Source: Squalus acanthias | Lineage: Eukaryota | Direction of reading: 5' to 3' | NCBI GenBank assembly: GCA_030390025.1 | Contig: CM059435.1 | Location: forward strand, 16,864,001 to 16,928,000 | DNA: 64,000 nucleotides | Part shown: positions 52,291 to 64,000 of the stretch, piece after piece | Layout of the letters: each line of letters starts with the position of its first letter | Numbering within the stretch: the first letter of the stretch is position 1 | Made by a program: the position numbers and the translations under genes | The notes under the pieces: generated by a model | The model's database searches: none | What the model was told of the DNA's origin: nothing | What the model saw: the letters and a program-made list of their open reading frames with translations, nothing else

Positions 52291-54100
52291 GCAGTACATT
52301 CAATGAATAAAGGTTGACACAGCAAATAAAAGCACTTCACATCTACCCATTTTCCTCCAACACCCTTTAAAATGTCCCTTACTGTCAAAGAATTCTGGCA
52401 TTTCCTTCATAAGACAGAAGTTCAAAGAAACCCATGGCATCATTCTACTCCAAAACATTGCAATGGTACACAGAAATGAACTCAGAATGCAATGTGCCCA
52501 AGCCATATTTACTTTCCTTAACACTGTGTCCACCATTTGTGCCATCTAATTTCCTAGGTTAAGCTCCTAGTCCACTAGTTTAACAAGGTATTCCCTGAGT
52601 GAGATGCGATTTGAGTGGCAGCTGGCTGGGCTGGTTCCCTTGGAGTCTTAGAAGCCTTTTTTATAGCCTATATAAATGCAAGTTGTTGTTGTTGTAGAAA
52701 GAAGCAGGTTCAATGCCACTATCTGGAGAGACAACAACATCTGCAACCAATCCTTACAGCTCACTGATGCTGGGCAAAGGCTCAGATATGCTATTGGCAG
52801 GTGTCATTACAGACAGAATTGTCTCAATCAGGTTTTGGAAGCCCTGTGTAAATGTGGCGTTCAGGCTGACCCACAAAGCATCTATGGAAGCAATGGAAGT
52901 TACCACTCCAGAAGCCACCAATGTCTTTACTACCTCCTCCTGATGCCTTGTTGCTCGAGAAATCTCTTTGACCATCACTCTCTCCAGGTTGTTCTGCAGG
53001 TCATGCGAAATTTCCTGCAATGTATTGCTGATGCGGTAGTGAACTCCTCCCACTTGTCCACTTTTCAACCATATGTGTAGAACCCATCTCTGCAGCCTCC
53101 ACAAGTGGTTGATGCTCCCTAATTGTAGCTCTTTTGAAAACTGAACATTTGAGATTTGGATCCCCAGGCTGCTCATGAAGGGAGGTTGTCTCTCAACCTT
53201 CCATGGAGAAATGACACTCTTCCTTTCTTGCACTTCCAGGTCTTCATTCTCATTGCTTCATTCAGTGAACAACTTCTGGCTCCCTAACTATTTCCTCCAG
53301 AGTGGTTGTCTCTGCTCTGATGTTGCAGTAAATAAGATGCCATGCTGGCAGTGGTAATGAAGTGGCAGTAGTTGAAGATCTGGCCATGATGACTAATTCT
53401 GCTCTGGACATGCCTAGGTGGTCATTGGAGTGGTTGGCCTCTTCCTACAAGGCATCCCCAATGATGTGAATCACAGAAGAATCTGTTTAGCTGTGCTCAC
53501 ACTAGCATACTTGCTCGAAGAAATAGTGTTTAGGTGTTAAGGCAATGCAAAACTTTTGAGTAAGCACATAAAACTACCTAGCTTTTACCAACTTTCTGTT
53601 GCCACCTCACGTCCAAGCTCACCATCTTCTACAGCTTCTCCTGATTCTCTGCCTCTGATTTCCAGCATTCCCTGCTCATGCAAACTCAGGGCTTTCAGCA
53701 ATGTGCTCCTTCCCTGATTCAATTTCTCTGACACTGGTTATGGGCCAGCTATTCCTTTGGAGGGAGAGAAAACAATGCTCAATCCATATGAGTGGCATAG
53801 ACACTTCCCCATATGAGCGTCTGCATCCATGATGATGAGAGGTGGAGGTGTGTTGTCCCTTTAAATGAAGTGTACTTGAAGACTTGCAGAAGCCCTTGTG
53901 GCATGCACAGTGAGTTGCCAGAGTGATTTTGAGTAAAGATGGCGCTTGAGTGTTTTCAGAGGTTTGCTTTTGCATAGGTGAGTTTCCCTGACACCCAGTT
54001 CCAGTTGCTGACAGAGTAGAGATGCGTGAAGGCTGTATGAGTGGTAGAAGATGTGAATTGGCAAGAATGCTTTGACTTCCCTTGGCTACCTTTGAGAGAA

Positions 54101-54190
54101 TTGAGAGGTCGCACAACACCAGGTTATAGTCCAACAGTTTTATTTGAAATCACAAGCTTTCGGAACTATCGCTCCTTCCTCAGGTGAAGT
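54101..54190 (-). mobile_element. Penelope-type terminal fragment (second copy)
   Basis: Nearly identical to 34817-34900 (gtcgcacaacaccaggttatagtccaacagttttattt). Confidence 0.7.
54150..54187 (-). ncRNA. Minimal type I hammerhead ribozyme motif with intact core
   Basis: UCAC-CUGAGGA-A-GGAGC GAUA GUUCC-GAAA-GCUU-GUGA: CUGANGA and GAAA core, 5-bp stem II, 4-bp stem I, palindromic AGCU in place of stem III, predicted cleavage triplet CUU. Confidence 0.65.
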
Positions 54191-54289
54191 AAATTGGATA
54201 CAGAATCGTCAGAGCATATATAGATGGAAAAAAAAGCATGTGTACTTTACAATTGCAGACCAATAAATTAAATCATCCTGAGAAAATAC

Positions 54290-54495
54290 CTTTGAGAGGT
54301 CATTGAACCTCTTCCTGCACTGTATAGTTCTTGCAGGGGTGGAGATTGCACCGACAGCTTCTGCCACCTCACTCCTTACAGCTTGAATGACCATGTTATG
54401 AGGTTTCCTGCCTGTCATGCCCAATAGTCTATCCCTTCTAGCCCGACTTCAGTTAGCAACACATCCATGGATGTCTCTGAAAATCTGGGAGTCAT
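54290..54495 (-). pseudogene. Harbinger Myb/SANT-like DNA-binding protein, first exon remnant
   Basis: PRFSETSMDVLLTEV/(frameshift)ARRDRLLG...EVAEAVGAISTPARTIQCRKRFNDLSK followed by a gt donor. Confidence 0.72.
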
Positions 54496-55429
54496 TTTGC
54501 TGCTGACCCCCGCCCCCTCCCTCCTCCAAGGATGTTGCTTCTTGAGACAGCTGGCACTCTCTACTGCTGGGAAACTGATGACATCTTTAACTGGCTGGTA
54601 ACCATATTAGGAGCAGTATTACCACTCCAAACTTGCTCTGCATAGCAAATGAGGGCCCTAGGAGGAAGGTATAGTGGGCTAGTGATGGGGGCAGTAGTCT
54701 CGCTCAGCTGCCAAACTGCCAAGAGGAGAATCCAGCCCCCAATGTCTGTAAGGAGTCTCGCTCTCTGTACTCATTCTGTATGGAGTCTTGCTTGATGTAC
54801 TAGAGTCTGTATGGGGTCTTACTATCTGTTTTGGTGTTTGTATAGGGCATCTCTCTCTCCCTTTCTCTCTATTGGTGTTTGTATGAAGTCTCACTCTCTG
54901 TCCTTGTGTCATTATGGGGTCTCCATCTCTGCACTGGTGACTGAGTTTTTCTACATTGGTGTCCATATGGGGTGTTATTTTCTCTACTGCTGTCACTATG
55001 GAGTCTCTCTCCTTGTACTGATGTCTGAATCTCACTGTCTGTACTAGTGTCTTTGTGGGGTCTTTCTATGTATTGCTGTTTCTATGAGTTATCTCTTTAT
55101 ATATTGGTGTCAACATGGAGTATCTCTGTAGTGTCTGTATGGAGTCTCACTATCTATTGATATTTGTATGAGGTCTCTACTCATCTGCAGACATGGGGCC
55201 AGCTTCTCTGTTTGAATTGGTGACTGTGTGATATCTCTTTCTGTACTGATATCTGTAGGTGGTCCATTTCTCAATTTTGGTGTTTGTATGGAGACTCTCT
55301 CAGTGCTGGTGTCTGTTCGAAGTCTCTCTTTCTGTTTTAGTGTATGTATGTGTTATTTCTCTGTATTGATACCTTTGTGGGTTGACACTGTATTGGTGTC
55401 TGAATATAATATCAAATCAAATTTATATA

Positions 55430-55565
55430 GAACCTTTAACATAGGAAAATGTCCCAAGGTGCTTCACAGGAGCGTAATCAGACAAAATATGACATCAAGC
55501 CACAGAAGGAGATATTAGGATGAGTGACTAAAAGCTTGGTCATAGAGGTAGGTTTTAAGGAGGGA
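55430..55565 (-). mobile_element. L2-type 3' fragment
   Basis: Matches 8600-8750 (gcttcacaggag...aagaggtaggtttta). Confidence 0.7.
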
Positions 55566-55939
55566 GCAGGGCTTCATTCTTTCTACAGGTGTCAGTATGT
55601 TGCACGCCCTATATTGGTGTGTGCATGGAGTGTTACTCTCTGTACTTATGTATGTATGGAGCCTCATTGTATTGGTATTTCTATGGAGTGTTACTTTCTG
55701 TATTGGATTATATTTGGGATCTATTTGTATTGGAGTCTATATGGGGTCTTTCTCTCTCTCTGTATTGTTATCGATGGGTCGCTCTTTCTGTATTGGTATC
55801 TGTATGGAGTTTCTCTGACACCTTACTGTCCTACACTCTGTATGGGGTCTCTCACTCTCTCTGTGCTACTGTCTGTAATGCTCTGACTCACTATGCTAGT
55901 GTCTTTGTGAAGTTTCACTCTCTGTATTAAGAGCAAGCC

Positions 55940-56400
55940 TTTGGCTTAGTCGTCATATTCCCGCCTTTGAGCTAGAAAGTGCAGGGTTCAAACCCTACCC
56001 AGACAGACTTGGTAAGTGGAGACTGGAGTTCCAACTCTGAATTCTGCATTGGCATCCAGTGGGATACTCATTGTATGGGTTGTGGGAGTCCACAACAACC
56101 TCCTGCCATAGAAAGAAAGAAAGACTTGCATTTATATAGCGCCTTTCACAACCACTGAACATTCCAAAGTGCTTTACAGCCAATGTAATACTTTTTGAAG
56201 TGTAGTCACTGTTGTAATGTAGGAAATGGGGCAGTCAATTTGCACACAGCAAGCTTCCACAAACAGCAATATGATAACGACCAGATAATCTGTTTTTTTT
56301 GTTATGTTGATTGAGGGATAAATATTGGCCAGGACACTGGGGATAACTCCCCTGCTCTTCTTCGAAATAGTGCCGTGGGATCTTTTACGTCCACCTGATA
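55940..56400. mobile_element. Two adjacent SINE pieces: tRNA-like head (+, ~55940-56100) and SINE 3' half (-, 56110-56400)
   Basis: TGGCTTAGT...GGTTCAAACCC on the plus strand. The aaagaaagaaagacttgcatttatatagc tail and body match 20947-21210. Confidence 0.7.
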
Positions 56401-57530
56401 GAGAACTAGCTACTAAGATGGTTGCAGCCATGGAAGGAACATTCATATTCTGGTCTGTCAGACTGTTAATCATTCTACAAATCCTTCCATTATGTCATAC
56501 TGTTCTCCAAGGAAAGAGAGTGAAGATACAACAACAACTCGCTGTATTGATGTTTCTCTGGAGTCTCCTTCTCTGTACTGATCCATGTACGGGGTTTCTG
56601 TATTGCTGTCTATTTGTACTCAGTCTCTGTACTGGTATCTGAATGATGTTTCATTCTCTGTGCTGTATCTGTATGATATCTTACTCTCTGTCTCGCCGGT
56701 CTATGGGATCTCCATATCTTCACACTGTATAGATCGGATAACTTTCCCCCATCTTTGCAGTGATATATACTAATCAAATAAATAAGGTCAGCTTTTATCA
56801 AATGGAACGAAACCAAGCACGTCCGAGAAACCAAATACACTTCAAAAGTGAAAGGCTTCTTTGGTGGCCTCTATCCGTTTGATTTTGAAGCTGTAAACTG
56901 ACACATTTTAAGCAATTCAGATTCCAAGGACAGTTAAATGTCTGTTATAACTCTGCCGGTGTTAGGATCTAAAGGAGTCAATTATCTTTCAAAAGAAATT
57001 ATATTTCAAAAAAAATCCTATGTGTCTATGTTACTATCTGTCTATTCCTTCCGATGTTCTGAGTAGACGGCGAAGAGCCGAGGTTATCCTTAAAGGAGCA
57101 ACTCTGTTGGCCTTTACAGGCCATGCTTGGAAAGACTTCAACAGCCCCACATTCACTGGCCCGATACAGATACCTCCCAATTCCCAGAACATTCCCATTT
57201 GAATTTTGAAGATTTCCTTTGTCCTCCTCTTACGATTGTCTCTGTAAGTCATGCACTTTCGCTTACCAAGCAAGCAGATTCGTATATCTTCAGCTGTATC
57301 TTTGGTTTACTGTTGGGTTCTGACCAAGAACAAATACAAATCTTTGGCTGTGTTTTAATTTTAGGATAAAGAAGTGACTTAATGGCCAATCTCCGATGTT
57401 AGCGAATTCAAACTGTTCGCCCTACTGATTTATAGACCACAATCACACCGCTTCTAGAAACCCACAGGGCATTTAAGTAGAGCGGCAGTTCTAGAAATAG
57501 CCAAGTTAACTCGAAAGGACTCCGCAATAT

Positions 57531-57643
57531 AAAAGAAAGACTTGCATTTCTATAGCGCCTTTCACAACCACCGGTTGTCTCAAAGCGCTTTATAACCAAT
57601 GGAGTACTTTTGGAGTGTAGTCACTGTTGTAATGTGGGAAACA
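57531..57643 (-). mobile_element. SINE 3' tail fragment
   Basis: Closely similar to 56113-56225. Confidence 0.7.
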
Positions 57644-60600
57644 TAGGATTTTTAAAAATATAAGCGCTGTGGTGACACTAATATTGTGTGTGTTATGTAG
57701 AATCCGTATTTAAATTGCGCGATCGTTTTTATTTGGAAGTGAAAGTTATAAACTTCGTTTGTAGCGAGGCGTCCGTTCGTTTAAACGGGCATATTTAGCG
57801 ATAGTTTTATTACTGGTAAAAGTGTAAAACAAAAGGCATCGAATTGCCATTTAACTATGGTTCAGATACGGGGAAACGCCGCACAATCGGCGCCCAAGTG
57901 TCAGCTTTAAAATTTAGCGTTAGACAACAAAACAATCCAAGCTCGAATATCTGAGCACAAGAAGACATTTGGATAAAAAGTCACCTGTGATCCTTTACAA
58001 TGGCGCTTCACAGGTGGGGAAGTGAGCGAGTGAGTGAGAGAGGGCACACACACTTGTGAAAGAGTGTTTGGAAGCAGATTAAGAGCGCCCGGCGGTAAAT
58101 GTGTCTCTTCAAAAATGATCCGATGATCCCATTTTAGAATGTACTTGTGACTGACAATTTCTTATGAAGTTTTATATACATATATAGTCATATATTAATA
58201 TATGTCTGGGGACGTTTCACTGCATTAAAGGCGCTATTTAAATGCAAATTGTTGTTGTACACACATATGCACAAATACACACACATTATACATATATACT
58301 CGTGTAAATAATTACACGCACAGTATATAAGATATGTATCTTGTTTTGCGACAATATATTTAACCTAACCTTGCATCAGCTTTCTGGGAATGTCCCTTTT
58401 TTTGGGCGGTTGTAGTTTTCAGGTAAAGCAAGCTATTTTTTAATATCACTAACACACCCCTTGGTGGTTGGCTGTTTGCAAAGAATCTGCACCCGTTTAA
58501 TTTGAACTATCTATAAATATCTGAACATTTCTGAAAACCTCAATCGGCGTCTTATGAAGCAAATGAGTAGACTTTTGCCATTTGCCCAATACTTTTGCAC
58601 GGTATTTTGTCAACAGTTGAGAACGCGGAGCGGGAGCGTGCAGCTGATTTATGAGCAGTATTTGGAGGTGAAGTGCTATCAATGTATATTGAACGAGGAC
58701 AAGAAGAAACAGGAGCATTTGATCAGAAAACAAACGGTAATCAGTCGGCCCAGCAATCTCGAGGCCTCAGAAAATAAACTAGATTCAATAAATAAGCAAA
58801 TGACCCAAGGCTCCCTGCTCCAAGATAGCAAGAAAGGTGCGATTTGGTAGGCGATTTTGGAACGGTGCATGGAAACTATTGGCGGAACAGTCGTGTCTAA
58901 TCTAATTTATGGCAACGTTTCACATAAAACAAGGGATCTGAAACAATTGCAACGTCAATCTCTCCGTTAGTTTCACAATTTTCAAATAGTATTTTAAAAA
59001 TAAACTGTCTACACGAGTGTCTCGTTCAGTAAAATTCTATTGCTTCAAAAATATTTCCCCCGAATTTGCGGGGTCCGGCTGACTTAATTTTTATTCGATT
59101 GCAAAATCTTCGCCGAATAAAGATGAGTTACTATGTAACGAGACAAGGGCTGATGATTCTTTTTTTTAAATAAATATATTCCCCAGCGTTTTCTTTGTCC
59201 TGGTTACAGACTTGGCGGCGCCCCCAGGACCTGGTCTTGTCCCATTCTCCCCCACCTCCTTTGATTTGTTCAGATATTGACTAATAAAAGCTACAGACGT
59301 GTGGGAGCGGAGACATTTGAGAGCTTGACATAGCAACTCGCCACTGAAAGCATAGCTTACAGCCACCTTCTGAGAAGGGATGCGCCCGTCACTGGTATAT
59401 ATATATATATATAAAATGCCATTTCAATGCTTTATCAGAGAATGCATTTATAATAGGCATTTAAATGTTATTCTAATAAATATTACATCTAAAAGTAGAT
59501 GCATTGCAGTAACAACCTTACCATCACACTGAACTACAGAAAATAACTTGTGCGCGCTGGCGACGAAAAAGACTTTCAAAATTCATTTTAAAAGAAATCT
59601 GCAATCAATTCGAGTGAAACATGCCACATTTCCCCCGCTCTCGTTTAAACACAACTTTTCTGGATGTAAAATGGTTTTTCACTAAAAAAAATATGCCTTT
59701 CTGGTAAAATTGGAATAAATAATATATCATTTTAAAAAAAACAATGCGGACTTTTTAAAACTGTCTTGGGGGCAAAGCCGCTGATTCTCTCGTTTCCCCA
59801 AGTGATATAAGGTAAAGGTCTGGGCTAAGAAGGCACTACTTTTAGAGGAGGAAGTTATTTTTCAGTTTTAGCCTTCATGGGACGTTGGTGAAACGGGTTT
59901 CCCATCACAGTTACCGAAACCTTCAACGTTAATAAGAGAGTTTCGTTCTGAAAAAATGCGGCGAAAAAGAGGAACGATTTGAACAAAACTTTGTTATTAA
60001 TTTGTAAATTAATACATTGCACAAACGCGACAGATTCATCTACATTGTCCGCATGTAACTGGAAAGACAGCTCGTTTGAATGAGCAATACATCTGTTACA
60101 TTTAGCAACGAGTGCTCCAGTACACTGACAATACTTACTCATTTCGTTACAGCGGTATGGACATATTGGGGGTCAGCTTTGATAAGGGTCGCCGTGAATA
60201 GTCCTGCCATTGCTCCAGCACTGCGATTCCCACAGGGCTGTCAAGGAAACACCTTTCTAGCCCCTTTATCAAGTCGGCATCGTAAACTTACACAAATGTA
60301 ACGAGATTCCCATCCAACAATCACTTCTGGTGATACCACTAGCATCGAAAATTAAATATAATATATAGAGCTGGGGGGAAACCAGGTACAAGGGTTACTC
60401 TTGGATTTCAGGGCTGTGTTGTCTCTTTAATTTAGCATGATTAACATATACTAATATTTATATAATGAAAACTTTTTAAACCCCACTCGCATTTTGATTT
60501 CTATTAAAAGTTACTTTAATGTTATTAAAGTAATAAAGTTACCGATAGATTCGGGGCTCCAGTTGATTTATGAAACTAACGTGAAATTGACAAAACGAAT

Positions 60601-63404
60601 ATTACCAAAAGTTACATTGTTGATCCATATATATTCCGCGGGCGTGCATTTATATTTATTCACTCGCAATAGATTTCGTGCGCAAATTAATATTTTAATC
60701 CATAACAAAAAGGTACAATTATTAAAATACTTGTTGGCACTGTCTAGAAATGGACGCGGTTGGGTTGAAATAGACCGAGGCAGCAGCCTCAAGCAGTGTC
60801 ACCTGTAACCAGTTTATATAGGAATTATGTCACATGTAGGCGAAGACAATTTCGAAAACTCAATTAAAATTGCATGCACATTTCTTCCATTGCACCTCTG
60901 GGCGATGTACAACAGATATATACAAATAACGATGCAACAATGGGCTATTTAATATTTCATCTTTCTCGCTGTTGGGGAGAGTGTATGTGCGTTGCATCGT
61001 CGTATTTTAGAAATCAAAAAATAAGCAGCGATAGAAATGCATGCGCCTCTGTTAAATAGTTACCCAAATCCTAGTAATCAGCTAAACGACAGCAACTCAG
61101 CACAAAGTAAACGATTACCGAGTGGTCCCCACCCTCCAGTCCAAAGGCTGGGTGTTCTTGTGCTGAAACTAAAGCCAAGGGAACTTTTACTTAATAACTG
61201 TTTGTATTTAACGCCGAGAAACCTCAGTGGCGTTTTACTATCAATAATGAACAGAGTTTGCAGCCAGTAATTCAGGTGCCTGGTCTTGGACGGAGAATAT
61301 TTAGAAAGCTACTTGACACTATCAGGGAACTATTGGACATCTACATGACCAGCTTCACCACTAACTTGCAAACCGATGGCCTGGATTTGTTTTTATTTAA
61401 GGAATGCGATCAAATAATCACCCGAAAACATTTCATTAAAACGGTGACACAAATTCCACCGGGACTCCACCCAATTCAACTTTCTTCAAAATGACTGAAT
61501 CACCATAAATTGGTTTTGAATTCGAGCACATTCGTTGATTGCAATAAATTAAGGAGGCAGATAATGTTGCCAATATCCCCACAGGAATAGGGTACCAATA
61601 AAATTATGACGTTCCAAAAATTGTTGTGCCAATGGTATATTATTAATTACTAAGGGATACGATAGTCTTAAAGCCCATAGTTCTTATTTGATAACTCCCC
61701 CCCCCCCCCCCAGTCTTGTCGCCAAATATCGTAGATAAACAATGTTCAGTTTCAGTCGGAAATGCGACAGTTTCATTCGGGGTCAGTTCACCTTAACACA
61801 GCGGGGCCCGGCAGGCTTCTGAGACTGCAGCTATATTTCCACGTTGGCATCAATGTGGAGTGTTATTTTGGGTGCGCTTAAACGATGACAACGGTAGCAT
61901 AACTTGGGAGTTAAGCTGCAATCTGACTCCAGAGTCCACTTAAAGCATGCATGCACATTTCTTGGTTGCCATGGAGTTCAGTGTGAGGCGAAGCCCCCGG
62001 TATAACTCAGGTCTGCCGGCTCGTGCTTCATGCCACCGGAAGCTGTGGTAACACTTGAACCTTCGGGTGCACTGACACAGCATACGGTGAAAAGCGAGCG
62101 AATCGTATCTCAAGATTGCTGCAGTTTATGGAGAGCGAGGTCAGACCGGGCCTTCCAAGCCACAGTCCCTCACGATGAAGCCAGTTTTAATCCCCGGCTA
62201 TGTTCTGTTGGCATGATGTTAGAAGACTGACTGCGAAAATAAAACATACTGTTGGAACCCAAACTGTCCAAGATCATGTTAAGGGACCTGCAGGGTTTCA
62301 TTTATCCCAGTCCAACTGGGAATTAGATCGTTGATCTGACCCTGTTTTTTTGCACATTAACTTTAATGTCACAGCCCTCTACTACAATGCTAAAACTGGC
62401 GTGTAAACCCACCAACAATTCTTTCACAATCCCTTGAGCTAAATAGAACAAAAGGTTCTATGTCACATCAATTAATTTAGAGAAGTCTTTATCTTATTGT
62501 TCTGTTGCCAAACAGCACTATATTAGCTGGTTCAAAAATAAAAGAGATTTTTTAAAACCCCGAGTTGTAAGGAGAGAGTTAAAATGTCTGATTCTGATTA
62601 GAGACTGATTTTGAGCTTCTTTATGCGAGGCTGTTGGCTGCTAATACAATGCCACACATTAATAAAATATTAGCAAGACCCCAACATTCAAGATAATATT
62701 GTTATCCACATGATTTACTTAGATAATAATTTGACTGCAAGCAGAGCATTTGGGCCACTTTAGATTTAATTTCTCACACAGTTAAAATAGTTTTCAATGG
62801 GATTGTAAACTGATAGTGCAGTTAGACTACCACATTCGCATCGATATACAATCGTTTTGGTTGGGCATCAGTACTAAAGTGGCAGTATAAATTGGGTGTC
62901 CAATTAATCCCAAAGGATTAGGTAATAATTTGGCTGCAGAAAAAAGATGATCTGAATTGGTTTAAATTCTTTTGAGCGTTGCAAAGGCAAGTGGTGCTGA
63001 ACCTATTACAAGAGGCTATCTTGTAGCAGTTGGAGTTTGCATCAGTTGCAGTATGACTCTAGTGTGGTAACAAGCCACAGTTTAAAAGTGCCAGGGATCC
63101 ATTGGACTCCCTGCAAACTTGTGTAACTTCGTATGGATTAAGAAAGTGGCAGCATCATCTGTCCTGCCCTAATGGAACATTAAAACCTGACAGCTTGGGA
63201 TAGCAGTGTCGAAGCATGCATGTGCAGAGGATCACTGTTGCTGCACCTTGCTGCTGGTCAGAGAGTATAACATGGCTCCGATGACTGCACTGTGAAGCAC
63301 ACAAGCCTCGGATCATCAGTTGCATTTTTAGAAAAATTGACGATGAGGCAAATTTCAGTTTTCTGAACTGTTCTGCACAATTTTGCTTTACTGTCCCAAG
63401 TAGA

Positions 63405-63930
63405 TAGGAGGCCATTTAGGAGTGAACTCAGGAAGCACTTTTTTACACAAAGGGTAGTAGATATCTGGATTAATCTTCCCCCAAAAGGTTTTGGATGCTG
63501 GGGGTCAATTGAAGCTTGCAAGACAGAGATCAATAGATTTTTGTTAGGTAATGGTATCAAGGGATATCTTCTTCTTCTTCTTAGGCAGTCCCTCGTAACC
63601 GAGGATGACTCGCTTCCACATTAAAAATGAGTTCTCAGGTGATTGATGAGTCCAATGCGGGACCTACAGTCTCTGTCACAGGTGGGGCAGACGGTGGTTG
63701 AAGGGGCGGGTGGGTGGGGTGCTTGGGTTGATGTGCGCTCCTTCTGCTGTTTGTGCTTGGCTTCCGCTTGCTCCCTGGCGAAGAGAAGCGAGGTTTTCAG
63801 CGCCTTCCCGGATGCTTCTCCGATATGCAGCGATATGCAGCAAAGGTGAGTAAATGAGTTTGAGGTACAGATCAGCCATGATCTAACTGAATGGTGGAAG
63901 TGGCTGGAGGGGCTAAATGGCCTCCTCCCA
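63405..63930 (+). mobile_element. CR1 3' fragment split by an RTE insertion
   Basis: FFTQRVVDIWINLP...GIKG up to 63567. The CR1 3' UTR (agatcagccatgatcta...aatggcctcctcc) resumes after ~63832. Confidence 0.75.
63568..63821 (-). mobile_element. RTE-type LINE 3' end
   Basis: C-terminal CPTCDRDCRSRIGLINHLRTH zinc finger, short 3' UTR and (GAA)n tail. GATAT is present on both flanks. Confidence 0.8.
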
Positions 63931-64000
63931 TTCAACATTCCCTCTGCCAGTCCCGTGCAGCCTGGGATCGGCTTTTTCAATGTTAAATTTCGCACATAAA

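Larger units (their letters stand above)
50778..54740. mobile_element. Decayed autonomous PIF/Harbinger DNA transposon
   Basis: Imperfect TIRs (gttggattttcct and aggagaatccagc) enclose convergent transposase (+) and Myb/SANT-like (-) remnants. The minisatellite resumes on both sides. Confidence 0.8.
49170..56740. repeat. Degenerate ~30-bp minisatellite (TCTCTGTATTGGTGTCTGTATGGGGTCTCAC-like), split by later insertions
   Basis: Blocks at ~49170-50775, 54741-55930 and 56540-56740 share the recurring unit and a strong T-rich strand bias. Confidence 0.8.

Noticed and set aside
49420-55930. Many short Leu/Val/Ser/Tyr-rich ORFs
   Set aside because: They are translations of the degenerate minisatellite.
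58554-58850. 98-aa ORF as a gene or exon
   Set aside because: No recognisable domain or supporting splice structure.
59855-60142. ORF with faint hAT-transposase flavour (SFQLHADNVDES...FLFF)
   Set aside because: The resemblance is too weak, and I found no further motifs or TIRs.
45600-61711. Poly-C runs (45600-45615, 61697-61711) and short (TA)n/(TG)n tracts
   Set aside because: Ordinary simple repeats with no evidence of function.

Overview
This is vertebrate genomic DNA, most likely from a cartilaginous fish (inferred from the repeat repertoire). The only host protein-coding gene I can support is a complete GATA5 on the minus strand: 6 coding exons between 43638 and 29547, 1200 nt, 399 aa, all GT-AG and phase-consistent. 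It has a candidate E-box/GC-rich promoter near 44.9-45.0 kb and a largely TE-free, CpG-retaining 5' domain. Most other recognisable sequence is transposable elements: (1) an apparently intact full-length CR1 LINE (esterase ORF1, APE-RT ORF2, 6-bp TSD) inside a multi-layer nest of older retroelements; (2) many CR1, L2, RTE and Tx1-like fragments; (3) tRNA-headed SINEs, one carrying a 14-copy tandem array of its Pol III B-box; (4) a decayed two-gene Harbinger transposon inserted in a degenerate ~30-bp minisatellite; (5) two short Penelope-type fragments with minimal hammerhead-ribozyme cores. All family names come from motif recognition by eye; no database searches were run.
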